Shown here: positions 21,985 to 22,983 of the stretch, in pieces | How positions within the stretch are numbered: the stretch's first letter is position 1 | Layout: the number at the start of each line of letters is the position of its first letter | Source of the DNA: Octopus sinensis | Taxonomy: Eukaryota | DNA: 22,983 nucleotides | Assembly: GCF_006345805.1 (NCBI RefSeq) | Contig: NW_021836706.1 | Coordinates: forward strand, 1-22,983 | Direction: 5' to 3' | Program-made: the position numbers and the translations under genes | Notes under the pieces: model-generated | What the model saw: only the letters and a program-made list of their open reading frames with translations | What the model was told of the DNA's origin: nothing | Databases searched by the model: none

Positions 21985-22983
21985 GCGTGGAATGTTCGTA
22001 TCAGCTAACATGGAATACGTCATCATAATACTGTCCACGAACCGGTGATAGGAGCAAAGCTTATCCAAGAGAACTCGGTGGGCCTGCAAATCGGCAGATG
22101 GAGAGGCAGACCCATACAAACCGACAGTTTGTAGGGCGCTAAACGGAAAGACAGCTTAAACTGCTTGGGGTCTGTTTTGCTCTTAACCTCGAGGTGGATA
22201 ACAACGGGTGGGAGGTGACGAACAGGATAGTCGAACTCACCCAGAAATTGGCAGAGAGGAAGCTGTTCGTGAAGGGTCGAGTCGAGGTGCCGAATACGTA
22301 CATCCCTTCCGCCATCTATGACTGCCTGAATGTAGTCCCATGCCCGATAAAGTTAGAACGTTTGTTCTTCCGCTTTCTAAAGAAGGGACGTGTTCCGCTC
22401 ATCAGACGGTCCATCTACTGTCAACAACCTCTCAGTGGAGTACTGGACATGCCGTTGCTAATGATTCGCAGACATACGCTGAGACTGCGACATCTCCTGC
22501 GTTTCTTTAACGGTGAGCATAGAGATTGACTGTTTGTGAAACGGGACTTTCCGCAGCTCGTCTCATTCATGAAGCTACAGTACTGAGTCAAACGTTGGCC
22601 AAGAAAGGGCGCTTGGCACCTGGAGTGTCGGCAAGCTCTCACAGCTTTCTGCCAGTCGGGTAACGTGGCCGTTGATAGTTCCACCATGGATTTCTATAGG
22701 GGATTAGTAGAGGGGAAAGAACAAGGACAAAATCGGGGTAAACTCTTGGCGTTGGTGGGGGAAATCAACTAACTGGTCTTTAACTTACAGAAATCCCTGG
22801 CCTGTCAGTGCTAGCGGGGAGCTCTGCCGGTTCAAGACAAGCTCTACAGATACGAAAGTGTTGTCGGACGTATATGTCGGGGGTGTGTGCGCAGGGTGAT
22901 GAAATAGTCCAGCATGCACTCGTCCGTCCAGTTTATGAGCCGAGTAAAGATCGCCCCGCCACCTTCTTTAGGCCGGGAAGGAA
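21985..22983 (+). mobile_element. L1/Tx1-like ORF2 fragment, subfamily 2, copy B
   Basis: Paralog of 8860-9859. ORF-track 22194-22529 gives WEVTNRIVELTQKLAERKLFVKGR..KGRVPLIRRS. Confidence 0.8.

Larger units (their letters stand above)
14413..22983 (+). repeat. Segmental duplication, copy B (contains Dong and SINE-tail insertions; runs off the window end)
   Basis: Same order as copy A: MITE, V-like SINE (~15003-15188), PLE EN (~15326-15610), Tx1-1, SINE, AAT/ATT, module, Tx1-2. Confidence 0.95.

Overview
AT-rich, microsatellite-rich eukaryotic non-coding DNA. The SINE families suggest an octopus (Octopus sp.); this is inference from recalled repeat sequences, not a database result. No intact host gene is evident and most ORF-track entries are microsatellite read-through or antisense shadows of transposon ORFs. 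The window holds a decayed Tc1 element apparently nested in an old Penelope-like element (PLE), a younger PLE (RT+GIY-YIG) whose 3' end carries a tRNA-like A/B-box cassette and a minimal hammerhead ribozyme, and several SINEs, MITEs and L1/Tx1 fragments. A direct segmental duplication spans >=4.2 kb (copy A ~5603-9859; copy B ~14413 to the window end, offset ~8.8 kb). Copy B alone carries an apparently full-length ~3.95 kb R4/Dong-clade retrotransposon inserted in a (TAA)n tract. I cannot claim a new biological system. The best leads are the PLE tRNA-like + hammerhead terminus, the empty/filled Dong site pair, an unexplained repeated module, and two frame-compatible candidate exons. Coordinates of degenerate elements are approximate and all alignments were done by eye.
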